Shown: piece by piece, positions 50,001-61,788 of the stretch | Position numbering within the stretch: position 1 is the stretch's first letter | Layout: each line of letters opens with the position of its first letter | Source of the DNA: Basidiobolus meristosporus CBS 931.73 | Taxonomy: Eukaryota; Fungi; Basidiobolomycota | Reading direction: 5' to 3' | DNA length: 64,000 nucleotides | Assembly (NCBI GenBank): GCA_002104905.1 | Contig: MCFE01000442.1 | Location: 1-64,000, forward strand | The notes under the pieces: model-generated | What the model saw: only the letters and a program-made list of their open reading frames with translations | Database searches by the model: none | What the model was told of the DNA's origin: nothing | Made by a program: the position numbers and the translations under genes

Positions 50001-52679
50001 GCCCCCGAATACACTCTGCGTACTCGTATCTGGTCTTCCCTTCGCTCACAAACCTTGTACCGTACAGTCAGTGGCTTTATGAACTACCATAAGGCTCTCA
50101 AGCTGTTGTACCGTGTAGAGCATCCTGAGTTGGTCCAAGGGTACGGAGGCTTTACCGAGGGGCTCGAACGGGAGTTGGACTCCATGGCCCGCCGCAAATT
50201 CCGATTTGTCGTGAGTATGCAGAGATACTCGTCGTTCAGTCAGGAGGAGATGGAGAATGTCGACTTCCTTCTTGAGGCATACCCCGACCTTCAGATTGCC
50301 TATCTTGAGGAGGTGGCCAGTGAAGCCGAAAACGGCGATTCCAAGAAAATCTACAGTTGCCTGATCGACGGAAAATGCGAATTCGACGAAAATGGCAAGC
50401 GCATTCCCAAATTCAGAATCCAGCTTCCAGGGAACCCGATTCTGGGTGATGGTAAATCCGATAACCAGAACCACTCGGTAATCTTCACCCGTGGCGAGTA
50501 TCTGCAGTTGGTCGATGCCAATCAGGACAATTACCTGGAAGAGGCACTGAAGATCAGAAATGTGTTGGCAGAATTCGAACAATATAACGTGGATGAGGTG
50601 TCTCCATATTCAGAGTATCCCAACCCATCCCCTCCTCCAGTAGCCATTGTCGGTGCCCGTGAATACATTTTCTCTGAAAGTGTCGGTATTCTTGGTGACG
50701 TTGCTGCCGGAAAAGAAGCCACCTTTGGTACTCTCACTCAGCGTATCATGGCCAAGGTTGGAGGTAAACTCCATTACGGACATCCGGATTTCCTCAACTC
50801 CATCTACATCAACACCCGTGGTGGTGTCAGTAAGGCCCAGAAAGGACTCCATCTGAATGAAGATATTTACGCTGGTATGAACGCTTTTGAGCGTGGTGGT
50901 CGCATCAAGCACACTGAGTACTTCCAATGCGGCAAGGGTCGTGATCTTGGTTTCTGCAGTGTACTCAACTTCGTCACCAAGATCGGAACTGGTATGGGCG
51001 AACAGATGCTGTCGAGAGAACAGTACTACATTGGAACTCAGCTTCCCTTGGATCGCTTCCTCACATTCTTCTACGCCCATCCCGGTTTCCATATCAACAA
51101 CATCATGATCATGTTGGCTGTTCAGCTGTTCATGGTTATGGCCATTTGCGTTGCCTCACTCACCAAGATTCTTACCACATGTAAATATGTTGAATTCCCC
51201 GCCCCGCACGCACCACCCACCCCCGCCGGCTGCTACGACATCTGGTCGGTCCACGGATGGATCCACCGCACAGTCCTCTCGATTCTTATTGTGTTCGGTA
51301 TTGCCTTCATTCCTCTGTTCCTGCAAATTCTGACCGAGCAAGGAGTTAGCCGCAGTTTCACTCGTCTTGCCAAACAATTTGGCTCCATGTCTCCATTGTT
51401 TGAGGTGTTCCTTACCCAGATCTATGCCAACAGTTTGATTCAGAACATGAGCTTCGGTGGGGCCCGTTACATTGCCACTGGCCGTGGCTTTGCTATCACC
51501 CGCGTCTCCTTCCCTGAGCTCTATTCGCGATTCGCCACGTCCAGCATCTATCTGGGAGCCCGAATCATGATTATGCTTATCTACGTTTGCATCAGTGCTT
51601 ATCTGTCGGACTACATCTACTTCTACTTCACTGCGTTGGCGCTGACCATCTCGCCGTTCCTGTTTAACCCACACCAGTTCAAACTGCAGGACTTCCTCGT
51701 CGACTACTATCAGCTTCTCCGCTGGTTCTCCATTGGTAACAGCTCCTCCGAACCCAAATCATGGATCACCTTCCGTCGTATGGATCGTATCAGAGTTGTT
51801 GGTTCTAAGCGCAAGAGAATGCAAGATCCCGAAAACAAAACTGCCAACTACGTTCCTCGTCCGCATGTTCTCGGAATGCTCTTCTCCGAAGTGTTTGTGC
51901 CTGTCATCATGGCAGCGGTGATGGCCTGTATTTTCGCCTTCAACAGCACCCACACCAAGGGGTTGATCAAGAACCTTATCCATCTTGCCATCATCTCTTT
52001 GGCGCCTATCATCCTCAATGCCGGCTTCCTAATGGGCTTCTTCTTCGTCTCTCTATGTATGGGACCAATGTTCTCCTCATGCGGTAGGAGATTCGGAGAT
52101 GTCATTGCTGGTATTGCGCACGGGTGGGCTGTGATCAACTACATCCTCTTTTATATCGTGGCTGCACTGATTGAGGACTGGAACATTGCCAACGCCATTC
52201 TGGCCATGATCGCCACCAGCTATATCCACCAAGCGATCTTCTCGGTGATATTGATCTCCACTAGTCGCGAATACGGCGGAGATGAAGCTAACTTAGCCTG
52301 GTGGACTGGCAGGTGGTACAGCCACAACCTCGGCTACATGGCCTTCACCCTGCCTCTTCGTGAGTTCCTATGCAAACTTCAGGAGATGTCCCAGTTTGCG
52401 ACCGACTTCATCATCAGTCATTGTATTTTATTCCTTCTGTTCATATTCTGCTTGATCCCATACTCCGACAAAATCCACTCCACCATGCTGTTCTGGTTCC
52501 GCATTGACGACCACATCCGCCCATCCATCTACAGCCCCAAGGAAATCAAGCAGCGCAAGCTGCAATCAATTCTCTATGGAATTCTCCTGGGTGTGATTTT
52601 CATCATCTTCCTGGTGGTCTTTATCTTCCCAACCTTCGGGCACACCTTTATTTCTTACACTCCCTCTGGCTTCCTTTAA
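47001..52679 (+). CDS. FKS1: 1,3-beta-glucan synthase catalytic subunit, 1892 aa, single exon
   Basis: GGENANYKKWYF, LYLMIWGEAANIRFVPE, TIGYDDVNEFFW, EAERRVSFFAQSL-like block, RTRIWSSLRSQTLYRT, LGDGKSDNQNH, DANQDNYLEE, HYGHPDF, LHLNEDIY, QCGKGRDLG, KIGTGMGEQMLSRE. Confidence 0.97.
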   Translation: MAADESSTPNGSSRPPYQESYHMHNFSTAEDGHGSYHEEHSYRTPEPNYLTYLSDDSDSDYSSSHIAPVDGESSVVGALLDSHEHHVPKIPAHMSYVNSGSSSKAASKEKLSYHSDYDSNSAYSDSLYNARSNGPGARMQGTSIDSYSAPRHGTLGDSRYAKYAPSCDSLVALLETKKNNRNESSTSINNSRSSSRNMSRSNSWFSGDGTPPPAFDYNNNSLPRPFFKDDPYPSWAVNRHLPVSREEIKEIFARMQECFGFQVDNMRNQYDALMVMLDSRASRMAPYQALATVHADYIGGENANYKKWYFCAHLNRDNPEERSKRPQETKKKKKMAFKKRAEVFDGDDIEAQDSHECAEESWRIKMAEMSQHDRVGQLALYLMIWGEAANIRFVPEAICFIFKICWDYYSNLQLQGLTTTLPEGHFLQEVITPLYTFIRDQSYDVIHGKLVKKDKDHSTTIGYDDVNEFFWTSEALERIVLDDKKTVRLMDFSPTERFMKLGEVKWELVFRKTYKERRSWSHLLVNFSRFWILHIVMFYFYTMGNATWLYTKHDEKSTPVGVHLGIVAFGGALASFIQLLAAICEYFFIPLQWVSSKILLRRIGLILAILILNCIAGAYTVIVDRASPIATAVGVVGLIIAVFTFCYFAIVPSSQLFARFNDKGNTKNFTNRTFTSNFPRLKDVDRMMSIGLWACVFGCKYIESYFYLALSFKDPLKHTGQYAMAQCAKTDTMLVCQIMNGITLFFMVFLDLILFFLDTYLWYIIINSLFSVARSFYLGVSIWSPWRNVFSRLPKRIYTKILSIDDMELKYQPKVLCSQIWNAIVISMYRDHLLSVEHVQKLLYQQVTSSEGGRSTLKAPSFFISHEDTSFKTEYFPKGSDAERRVSFFAQSLSTPLPETIPVENMPTFTVFTPHYSEKIILSLREVIREEDRNSKITLLEYLKKLYPAEWENFVNDTKVLAEENNMYPSDNEASFQTNKSTSKRRLEELPLHCVGFKTSAPEYTLRTRIWSSLRSQTLYRTVSGFMNYHKALKLLYRVEHPELVQGYGGFTEGLERELDSMARRKFRFVVSMQRYSSFSQEEMENVDFLLEAYPDLQIAYLEEVASEAENGDSKKIYSCLIDGKCEFDENGKRIPKFRIQLPGNPILGDGKSDNQNHSVIFTRGEYLQLVDANQDNYLEEALKIRNVLAEFEQYNVDEVSPYSEYPNPSPPPVAIVGAREYIFSESVGILGDVAAGKEATFGTLTQRIMAKVGGKLHYGHPDFLNSIYINTRGGVSKAQKGLHLNEDIYAGMNAFERGGRIKHTEYFQCGKGRDLGFCSVLNFVTKIGTGMGEQMLSREQYYIGTQLPLDRFLTFFYAHPGFHINNIMIMLAVQLFMVMAICVASLTKILTTCKYVEFPAPHAPPTPAGCYDIWSVHGWIHRTVLSILIVFGIAFIPLFLQILTEQGVSRSFTRLAKQFGSMSPLFEVFLTQIYANSLIQNMSFGGARYIATGRGFAITRVSFPELYSRFATSSIYLGARIMIMLIYVCISAYLSDYIYFYFTALALTISPFLFNPHQFKLQDFLVDYYQLLRWFSIGNSSSEPKSWITFRRMDRIRVVGSKRKRMQDPENKTANYVPRPHVLGMLFSEVFVPVIMAAVMACIFAFNSTHTKGLIKNLIHLAIISLAPIILNAGFLMGFFFVSLCMGPMFSSCGRRFGDVIAGIAHGWAVINYILFYIVAALIEDWNIANAILAMIATSYIHQAIFSVILISTSREYGGDEANLAWWTGRWYSHNLGYMAFTLPLREFLCKLQEMSQFATDFIISHCILFLLFIFCLIPYSDKIHSTMLFWFRIDDHIRPSIYSPKEIKQRKLQSILYGILLGVIFIIFLVVFIFPTFGHTFISYTPSGFL

Positions 52680-53125
52680 TTCAATCTTGTTCTTTGCTCC
52701 TCATTGTTCATTGTTGTTAATAAATAATAAATCCTTAGATAACCTACCCTAACCCTACCGAATGATGTAGTTGCTGAAAAAAGATTAATATGAATGGAGA
52801 ATGCGTTTTAAAATTAATTCATTAGTTTGTGGCAGAATTTGTTGCCAATCATGTATGCATTTTCTTATGAATTCGTTCACACAGACATAGATAAATGAGA
52901 AGATATTTTTGGATCTGAGTGTGGGATGATAATGGCACATAATATGTCATCTAAGAGATAATGGGATCAGACGTTTTTTTGTCGGCTGAGCATATGGTTA
53001 TCAGGTGATCATCGAATGTTTTATGGTTTATTTCGTGTAGCGATTAATTGTCATGAAAACTGCAAAATGTCGAGGAGGTCTAGTTGGCCAACAAAACAAC
53101 CTGAATCTACTTTAATTAAATTAAA

Positions 53126-54451
53126 TTAAATCAAATCAGCGACGTTCATGGGCATCTCATCGATTTGAGTGTTGTAGAACTTCTCGATGTCACGGAGCAT
53201 GACAACATCGTCGTTGGTGACGAAGTTGATGGCAACACCCTTACGACCGAAACGACCACCACGACCAATACGATGGATGTAGTTCTCACGGTTGCTGGGG
53301 ATGTCGTAGTTGATGACCAAGGACACTTGTTGCACATCGATACCACGAGCCAAAAGATCGGTGGTGATCAACACACGGGAGGATCCGGAACGGAACTCCT
53401 TCATGATGACCTCACGCTGCTCTTGCTCCATATCTCCGTGCATGGCAGAGACAGTGAACTCGCGCTCGTGGAGCTTCTCAGTGAGCCAGTCGACCTTTCT
53501 TCTGGTGTTACAGAAGATGACGGCCTGGGTGATGGTGACAGTCTCGTACAAATCGCAGAGGGTGTCGAGCTTCCAGTCTTCCTTCTCAACGGCAACGTAG
53601 AATTGCTTGATACCTTCGAGGGTAAGCTCATCACGCTTGACCAAAATACGGATGGGGTCACGCATGAACTTGGAGGTAACCTCAAGGACGTCAGCGGGCA
53701 TGGTGGCGGAAAGAAGGACAACTTGGACCTCGGTGGGGAGAAGTTGGAAGACTTCGTAGATTTGGTCCTTGAAACCACGAGAAAGCATCTCATCGGCTTC
53801 ATCAAGAACGAACATCTTGAGGTGGTCGGTCTTGAGGGCACCACGGTTGATCATATCGTAGACACGACCGGGGGTACCGACAACAACGTGAACACCAGCC
53901 TCCAACTTCTGGATATCCTCGCGGACAGTTCTACCACCGATACAGGCGTGACTCTCAATGTTCATGAAGTCACCAATGGCCATAAGGACCTTTTGGATCT
54001 GTTGGGCCAACTCACGAGTGGGGGCAAGAACGAGAGCTTGGCATTGCTTGATGGAAACATCAAGAGATTGGAGGATGGAGATGGAGAAGGTGGCGGTTTT
54101 ACCGGTACCGGATTGGGCCTGAGCGATAACATCGTGACGCTTCAAGACAGGGAGAATAGCACGCTGCTGAATAGCAGATGGGCGTTCGAAACCGTAGGCG
54201 TAGATACCACGGAGCAACTCGTCACGAAGGTTCATGTTATCGAAGTTGTCGACAACCTCATCCCAGTTGGTCTACATGAGGGCAGAGTTGAATACTTGGT
54301 CCAGGAAAGCATGATGTTTGAAAGAAATATACCTCAATCTCACCACCAACGTCGTTCAAAATCTCAGAGTCTCTGTAGAAGGAAAACACAGTTCAATAAA
54401 ATGATCACAGATCGGCTAACCAGCGAGAAACACCTACCTGTTGTCAGCCAT
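53126..54451 (-). CDS. TIF2: Translation initiation factor eIF4A, copy 2 (exons 54451-54438, 54372-54333, 54271-53126; 399 aa)
   Basis: Same DEAD-box protein as copy 1 apart from the N-terminus [23 protein letters not shown]; one extra intron at 54332-54272. Confidence 0.97.
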
Positions 54452-55228
54452 GATGACCAATATGTAAGCAAACTAGATAAGCTGTGCTTTGAGAAAAGAA
54501 GGTATAACAAAGAAAAGTCGGCTAGTTTTGGGCATATCGGTGAAATTTTGTGATTGGACCGTAGGAGTTCCAACTTGGGTGGGCATACAAAAAAATGAAT
54601 TTTTTGGGGATAGCCCAGGTCATATATGGGCGAATCATGGGCGATTCGATGGTGACCAAAGCAATCCACTAATTTTTTTTATTGGGAAAAAAAGCCAAAA
54701 ATCCGAGAAGTGCGTCGAATGGTCAACAAAGAGGATAAAACAAACAGCAACTTGGCCAAATAAATGCAATGAGCTATTCAAATCACTGGGAAATTGACTA
54801 TGGAATAGATCAATCTGAAGTCAGATAATTGGTTTTGATGTGGAAAATTTACCAAGTCTTGTTACGAAGCAAGGTTATATCAGTCCCTTGTTTCAATCGG
54901 CATTGTACTAAAGCGTACAAGTGCTCTTTAGTTTAGGTCTTTTTGGTTCAAAAGTTCCCAGACCGTTCAGCGTTGATATCCTTGGCGATTCGCTTTTGTC
55001 GAGTTTTCCTGCGTTGAATTTTTCAGAATTAACTCCCAGCTCAAGTTCAGTGGATGCTTCGATTACTCCTATCTTTTCCTTAGCCAATCTATCCAGCCAC
55101 CCATTTAAACAGTAGTTTTTTATTCGATCGGCCAGTCACGCTTCTCCCTTCAGTAATCCCTTATTTCTTGCGATCACTTTTGTGCATTCTTTTCCCAAAT
55201 CTTTCTCTAGCCGTTTCTCCATTTCTGA

Positions 55229-57990
55229 ATGGGGGTAAGTTCTCCTCGCAAGTTCTCCTTTGAAGCATTGACCAATTCTTCCCTTCCCTTCCAGCCCTCC
55301 ACTATGATCAATAGCTCTAATGAAGATCAAATATCGAATGCTCCAGCGAGTACTCAAATCCTCACCGAGGAAAACCCCACGACTGTTTCCAAAGATAGAA
55401 ACCCGGCAATTCAGGAGGGCAGAAAGATGATTCTTCTAAAACGACCTGAGCCGATTGTTCCTGCGGCCGAACCAGATCCCATAGAGGCTCAGCCAACTGA
55501 GGAGAGTTCAAGCGTCGAGTTGGAGGAAGATAATGAACTCGACGAAAATGAAGTTCCGAGTAACAACGAGTTGGACGGGTTTCTGCTGGCTGCCCTGAAG
55601 AGCCCCAAAGATAGACTTTTGCTGTTGAAGCTGGATCAGGAGATGGAGAGGTTCATCAACGATCCAAGGTAACTATCGTGTTGTTGCGATCAGCACTGCT
55701 GCTCGGTTCTAAATGGCGTTTTTTCTCTTTGGAATAGTCGTAATCGCTTGGAGTTCCCCCAGATGAATGCTTACCAGCGATTGATCGTTCATCGTGTGGC
55801 ACAGTACTTCAAACTCTCCCATGTCGTGGATTCGTCCAAGAAGGCGGTCATCCTTTACAAATCTCCAGAAACTGAGATGTAATTAACACTACAGCAAAGT
55901 GATCAATCAAACCGTGTTGCTGATTTTTCTTGACTTGATTTAGACCTATACTTCGGTTTATGGACTTGCTTGAGCAGGAGGAGGAGCCCGCACCGCAATC
56001 ATTGAAGATTATGCGTAGATCAAGCAACACCAAATCTGTACAGAAACAAGGATCTAATGACGGCAATGGAAGTGGATCGGACGTGGACAAACGGATGATG
56101 AGCATCGAAGAGCGCGAAGCAGCTTACCAGAGGGCCAGAGCCAGGATCTTCCAGGAGTCCGAGGAGAAGAAGCCTACCGTTTCACAGAGCTCAGAGGCTA
56201 GCAACGAACCAGTCACACAAGAGCCAATTGACTCCCAGCAATCCCCAATCCATAGCGACTCCGAGTCGAGTAAAGGTAGAAGCTCCACTGCAAATAAACC
56301 TAATAGCGGGACCTTCGTTAAAGGGGGGAAGAGCAGCCAGATTCGTGGAAATAATGTCAACATCAAAGCAGGCTCGCCTAGACCTGGGAATCAGAACCAA
56401 CGCTATCCTCGGAATACATTCAACCCCCCTACTCCTGTGAATAATTTCAACAACGAATGGACACGAAACGCCGCGTTCCCTTATAACAATGGTCTTTCCG
56501 GAGGCAATGCATATTCCTCCAATGCTCATATGTATCAAGCTAACCCTGGATTCATGAATCCCTATGAGCTCCCTGCTGCCTCATCTCAAGGCCGCATGAA
56601 CGACAGAGCCACGGGTAATATCTCCAACATGAATTACAATATCCCTTCCAGGGAGTGGAACCCTAACATGGGCCCCTACCAGAGCGCGCCTGGTCTTTGG
56701 AATACGCCAGACGAGGCACCCAACGGATTCTTCTATAACCCACAGCAAGGCCCTCAATATCCAAACCTTGCCAATGCCAATGCCAACTCCAATCCCAACA
56801 TGCCTCGAGATGACCCCTCGTTTTCAGCTCAGGGCCGACAAGCTGGTACGTACGCGCATCCTGGGCGTCCGGGCCCTGGGTACAAGGAATTCCCTCCACA
56901 CAACCCGATGTATGCGGACAAAAACAGAGACAATTCGCACCAGCAGCTCTGGGGGAACAAATGGAATGATTACGGCGGCAAAGAGGCCGGAATCCAGAGC
57001 CGTCAAGAGTACCAGTCTGGTGGATTTATGGCCAAGAACACGCTTGACAATAATATGATGAATACTCCACCAACAGAAAACCCCGAAAAGCCCTCTTCGA
57101 ACGTCAAGCCCCCTACAGGGCAGCCAAGTATCCCTGGCCACCCGTTCAACCACAACTGGGTAGGCCCAGAAATGATGGGTTATGTTCCTCCTCAGGGCCC
57201 TGGCTCAGAATATCCTATACATCCGCAGCTTGCCGGAAACTCGGCACCACAAGGGAATCCTGCACTTGGTCCTCCGATTGGATTCCAGCGACAGAAGTCG
57301 CCGGAATATATGCATATGTCAAGGATGAACATGAGGGGGCCCATGATAGGCAATCAATTCATAAGCCCGCACGTATCTTCTGTATATGACGTTGAACGTC
57401 GTCCGCCTAAAACCAAGGAGCTTTTTGATCCCAACAATCCGGCGGCGTCATCTACGAATCCGCAGAACAAGTCACTGGGGGTTAAGGGTTATGGAAATGC
57501 GCCATTCCGAGGCCCTCGTCGAGGCCCAAACGCCGAGGTGGCTTCCTTGGAGGCGGGCATGAAATCGATATCTATCGCGCCTTCTCGGAGTAATTTCCAA
57601 GGATCTCGGAATAGGAAAGAAAACCAACTACTGTTTGATTATACCATTCAGCCTTACGAAGGTGTCAAGCCAACAGACCAGCCACACAAGCCAACCCATA
57701 TCCTAGAGATTCACGATATCGTTGGAGAGCCTAACTGGAGTGAGCTACTTCCAAGCGCTACCATCAAGTTCATTGCCAAGGAAAACGTTACTTTGGCTAT
57801 ATTCAAGAACTCGCAGGTCGCCAGAGAAGTGCTGGAATCCACGGAGAATGGTGACTTCAAGTTGAAGCCATGGTCCCCGGTTGTGCTCAAGATCAACGCA
57901 GCCAGTAATTCCAGCTCCCCCAAATCCGAGAATTCCTCTGAGGAACCAACAGCGCCTCAACTTGATTCAAGTGACATTGAAAACGCATAG
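55229..57990 (+). CDS. R3H-SUZ domain RNA-binding protein (Rbs1/R3HDM/encore-like), multi-exon
   Basis: LDGFLLAALKSPKDRLLLLKLDQEMERFI, FPQMNAYQRLIVHRVAQYFKLSH (R3H), LKIMRR...SIEEREAAYQRARARIF (SUZ), long N/P/G/Q-rich region, PPKTKELFDPN, C-terminal RRM-like block. Confidence 0.85.
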
Positions 57991-58031
57991 AGTTTATTTT
58001 TGAACCATCATCTTCTCCCTGTGTACTTTTC

Positions 58032-58055
58032 TACCCTTACCCTTACCCTTACCCT
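58032..58055. repeat. (TACCCT)4 hexamer run, equal to (TAAGGG)n on the minus strand
   Basis: Read directly, 42 bp after the R3H gene stop. Confidence 0.8.
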
Positions 58056-58474
58056 TCACCATCACTTACACTTTATGTCGTCTACCAACTATAGTTTATT
58101 TTGTTAAGTTATACGAGACCTGATGTATGCTTGTGAGTCGGTCATGTTATCGTGGATGTTTCAACTCACACTTAGGCTTTCTTTCCCCTGGATTCTCTCT
58201 ACCAAGTATTTCTCATCGTGTACCTGTATGTGTATGTTCCGCAACATCAATGCTAAATCTCTACCTTGTTACCCATCGATTAAGCTAATAACAAATAAGC
58301 AAAAGACTATCATTCCTCCCTTTGAGAATGCTGAAGTGTAGGTGGTGTGGCCGCAAGATTCGGATGTTGATGAATAATCATTCGAAATCTTGGTGCCCAT
58401 ATCACGTGATGCATCACCATTGAAAGCCTTACACAAAACAGTTCCGGCTAGCCAACATTGTTATCCGCGGCAGA

Positions 58475-59868
58475 ATGTCAGCCGTCACAATGAGAAGGAA
58501 TGGTGCCAAACCTGGCAAGACCACTTTCACGGACAGCAATCATTTCCAGGAAGAGAATGCCGTGTGCCCTGTGTGTAAGAGTGATCGTTACCTGAATCCA
58601 AACATGAAACTGCTTGTCAGCACATGTTTCCACAAAATGTATGTGCGTTACTGGCGATGCATTCTTTTCAAGCAACCAGCGGTTAAAAGTTTTCGCTTTC
58701 CTACTTCCCATCGGTTCTCTGTGGGGGTATATTAGGTGTGAATCATGCATAGATCGACTCTTTACCCAAGGGCCGGCTCCTTGTCCCATTTGCCAACAAG
58801 TATTAAGGAAAACGAACTTTGCCTCGCAGACGTTTGAGGACTTGCATGTTGAAAAGGAGGTCAGAGTGCGTAAGAGAGTTGCCAAATTGTAAGTATCCGG
58901 AGAATAGCTCTCGATTGTCCGTGCTTACTGACTGCGTGGTTCGTAGCTTCAACAAGCGACAAGAGGATTTTCCAACGCTGCGGGCATACAATGACTATCT
59001 AGAGGAGCTTGAAGAAATCAGTGAGTCTTTTTGACCTCCTCAACAGGTTCTTTATCAGATAGTAATGCGAGTCCCGAATTTTCGTAGTCTTCAACCTGAT
59101 CAACGAGGTCGATGTGCAGGAAACGGAAGAGAAAATCCAGCGATTTGCTGATGAAAACAAAGAAAGCATCTCCCTGAATGCTGCTCGACAGTTGAACGAA
59201 GAAAGATTGGCTCAGTACAAGATGACCCAGGAGAAGAAGGAAAAGCAACTCCAACGTGAGGCGTATCTCCAGGAAATGACGGAGGAGGAGAAGTTGAAGA
59301 AGATCGAGAAAGAGGAAGTACTCAACCAATTGGTATCTCTCCCCTGACAAATTACCATTGTATGAGGGACGTACTGAATTCAATTCTACCCGATGTGTAG
59401 GCTTCATCCGACAAGTCTGCCCAGGATATTCTTGCTAGCAGAGCAGCGTTAGCGCTCAAGAAGTCCTCTATGCGTAGACAAGATTTCACCAACTCGCGAG
59501 CCATGCCCAATCAACAGAATTGGTTTCTCTTTCATAACGAGGATTTGGCTGATGAAGTGCTAGATGATTTCGATTCAGTGGACACCGAGTACGCCGACGT
59601 TACCAACTTTACGCTGCAGGAGCAGTACTACGACCCGTATCCTTTATTTTCTATATTCCAATGCCAAGTCACCCTTTCCATGATGGCCCATTGTTCTTAA
59701 CTCTATACTAGCCTGGTGCAACCAGCGCAGAAGGAAAAGATCGCCAAGGCTGGTGGCTTTTTAGTGAAATTCTCGTACCATCGAGACGTCGAATCCGCTT
59801 TCAACGGACTTCTACTTGAGCCGGTTCCTAATGAGGAGCCCGTGGATACGCCGATGGACCAATCTTAG
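58475..59868 (+). CDS. TFB3: CDK-activating kinase assembly factor MAT1/Tfb3 (TFIIH), multi-exon
   Basis: [90 protein letters not shown]. Confidence 0.93.
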
Positions 59869-60009
59869 GTTTAGACTTCAACCCACGTTTCTCTTATTTG
59901 CCTATTGAGAGGCACACGGACCTTCCATGATGCTACACAGGCAGCCTTACCATTATATTTATTATTATAATTCTTAGTGGATTCTAAAATATACATGAAG
60001 GACGCTTCT

Positions 60010-61466
60010 TCAACTTCTAGATTGTTGAAGCTTTGGTCTGGCTTCATCCCAGGGGCCATGGATCTCGCTGTAATAATAAAAAGCAATCGAACATTAGATC
60101 GGGTTAGATGGAAGCGAGTCCCGCAAATGCACATACTTCTTGTATTTCTGAATCCAAATCAGCCAAAACGGGCACCCGAAAGTGATGAATCCCATGGCTA
60201 TGATGTAGAAGGTGGCCAGGGCTTTCGAGATGAAGTAAAAGAGCCCAGCTGCCGAGCAGAACAGCACGCACGATAGGATGATGTTGGAATGGCTAGAGAG
60301 ACTCTGAGAAATGGGTTAGCACAATGCTTGGATCCGCCCTACAGATCGGCTTACCTTGATATGGCGTCTAAAGATCGGGAACAAAGCGAACCATTCTACG
60401 GCAAATGACATCAGCCCAAAGACCTCCATATTCGATGGTAGACGAGAAGCTAGCAAGACTGACGCGAATATGGCCGCGTTTGTTGATAAAGAGCTGGGAA
60501 ACCTGCACAATAAGTCATGTCAGTTAGTTCTGCTCTCGAAGGGCTCACTGGAGAAATTCGGGGACACTTGCTTGATATTGGTTCGGTTTCCGGACCCGTA
60601 ATCGTGCAAAAGCATATTTACCAAGAACAAGCAGACCGTTACTGCCCATATCGTGTCACTGCTGGTATCCTTGGTCAGCGTTTTCAAAATTGGCGAGAAT
60701 CCTAGCAAAGCAACAAACAGAAGTACTGCACTCTTGGTGGTCTTCAGCCCTGGGAAGGACGCATCTATTTAGCGATACTTCATCAATACCCGAGATACAC
60801 ACTTGATATTTACTTTTGTGCTGGTAAAGCGGGTCGGTTTTGCTAATGCTATAGTCCCAGTATATATACCCAACTCCCGTAGATAAAGTACCGCTCCAGA
60901 TCAACGTTTGTGCTGATAATACTTTATGATATAGCCAAATAAACACCGCGACAAAGATAATGATACTGCTGATGTGTTGCGTTATCACCGTAGATTCACG
61001 AACCACTGTCCAGTAATCGTAAGATCGCACATTGGCTGCATCGATGGTTGATTAGAGGGTGCCAATCTGTATGGTCTGCAGAAAAATATGTACCGTTCTT
61101 CTGCATCTCTTCAAGAAAAGAACTGTCAACATAATTGTCGGGGTACTCTTGCTTGACATACAAAAGCTTTTGCCATTTCTGTTTGGGTGTAACCGGAAGT
61201 TGTTGACCCCTGGCTCTTTGTTTTATCTAAAGTCGTGGATGAAGAGGTAAGCCCGTTTCAGTATTGAATGTCGACAAGCCTATTTCAAAGATTCGGTATA
61301 TACCTTAGTTGGGTCCCTTTTGTAGGGTGGATTCAAGTTGGTGTCAAGGAAATGGTGAGACTAGGGCTAAGTTCGCGTTCACGCAAGAAGGTGGTAATTC
61401 CTATTTACCTTTCGACTTGAAACACACCGCAAAATGACTCTTCTTGAATATACTGCTTTCCGTCAT
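60010..61466 (-). CDS. GPI2: GPI-GlcNAc transferase subunit PIG-C/Gpi2; exons upstream of 61226 uncertain
   Basis: KWQKLLYVKQEYPDNYVDSSFLEEM, VITQHISSIIIF, LGFSPILKTLTKDTSSDTIWA, STNAAIFASVLLASRL, KYKNEIHGPWDEA. Confidence 0.88.
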
Positions 61467-61788
61467 TAGGGGAATACGTCAAGGTCATTTATATGGTAGA
61501 TGTGGGCTAGAAGAAAGGCTAACGAGCTCTTCCCAGGAGTTATAAAATACAATAATAATTGTGGAGTGTCCACTGGGTAACTTATTGTTGGGCGAAATAT
61601 ATATTCTGGAATTAAGGTTTCCGGAATCAGCTAGCTTGATGCTCATGGCGGTCCGAAAAATTTTGTTTTTGAATATGATTGCCTGTATCAGATTTATTTG
61701 ACGAGCTGAGCCTGATTCTTCCAACTCTTAGAGCGTGTGGTCTTAAGTGTCTCAACTACGACCTATATACCAATTCGAAGCTACTGAA

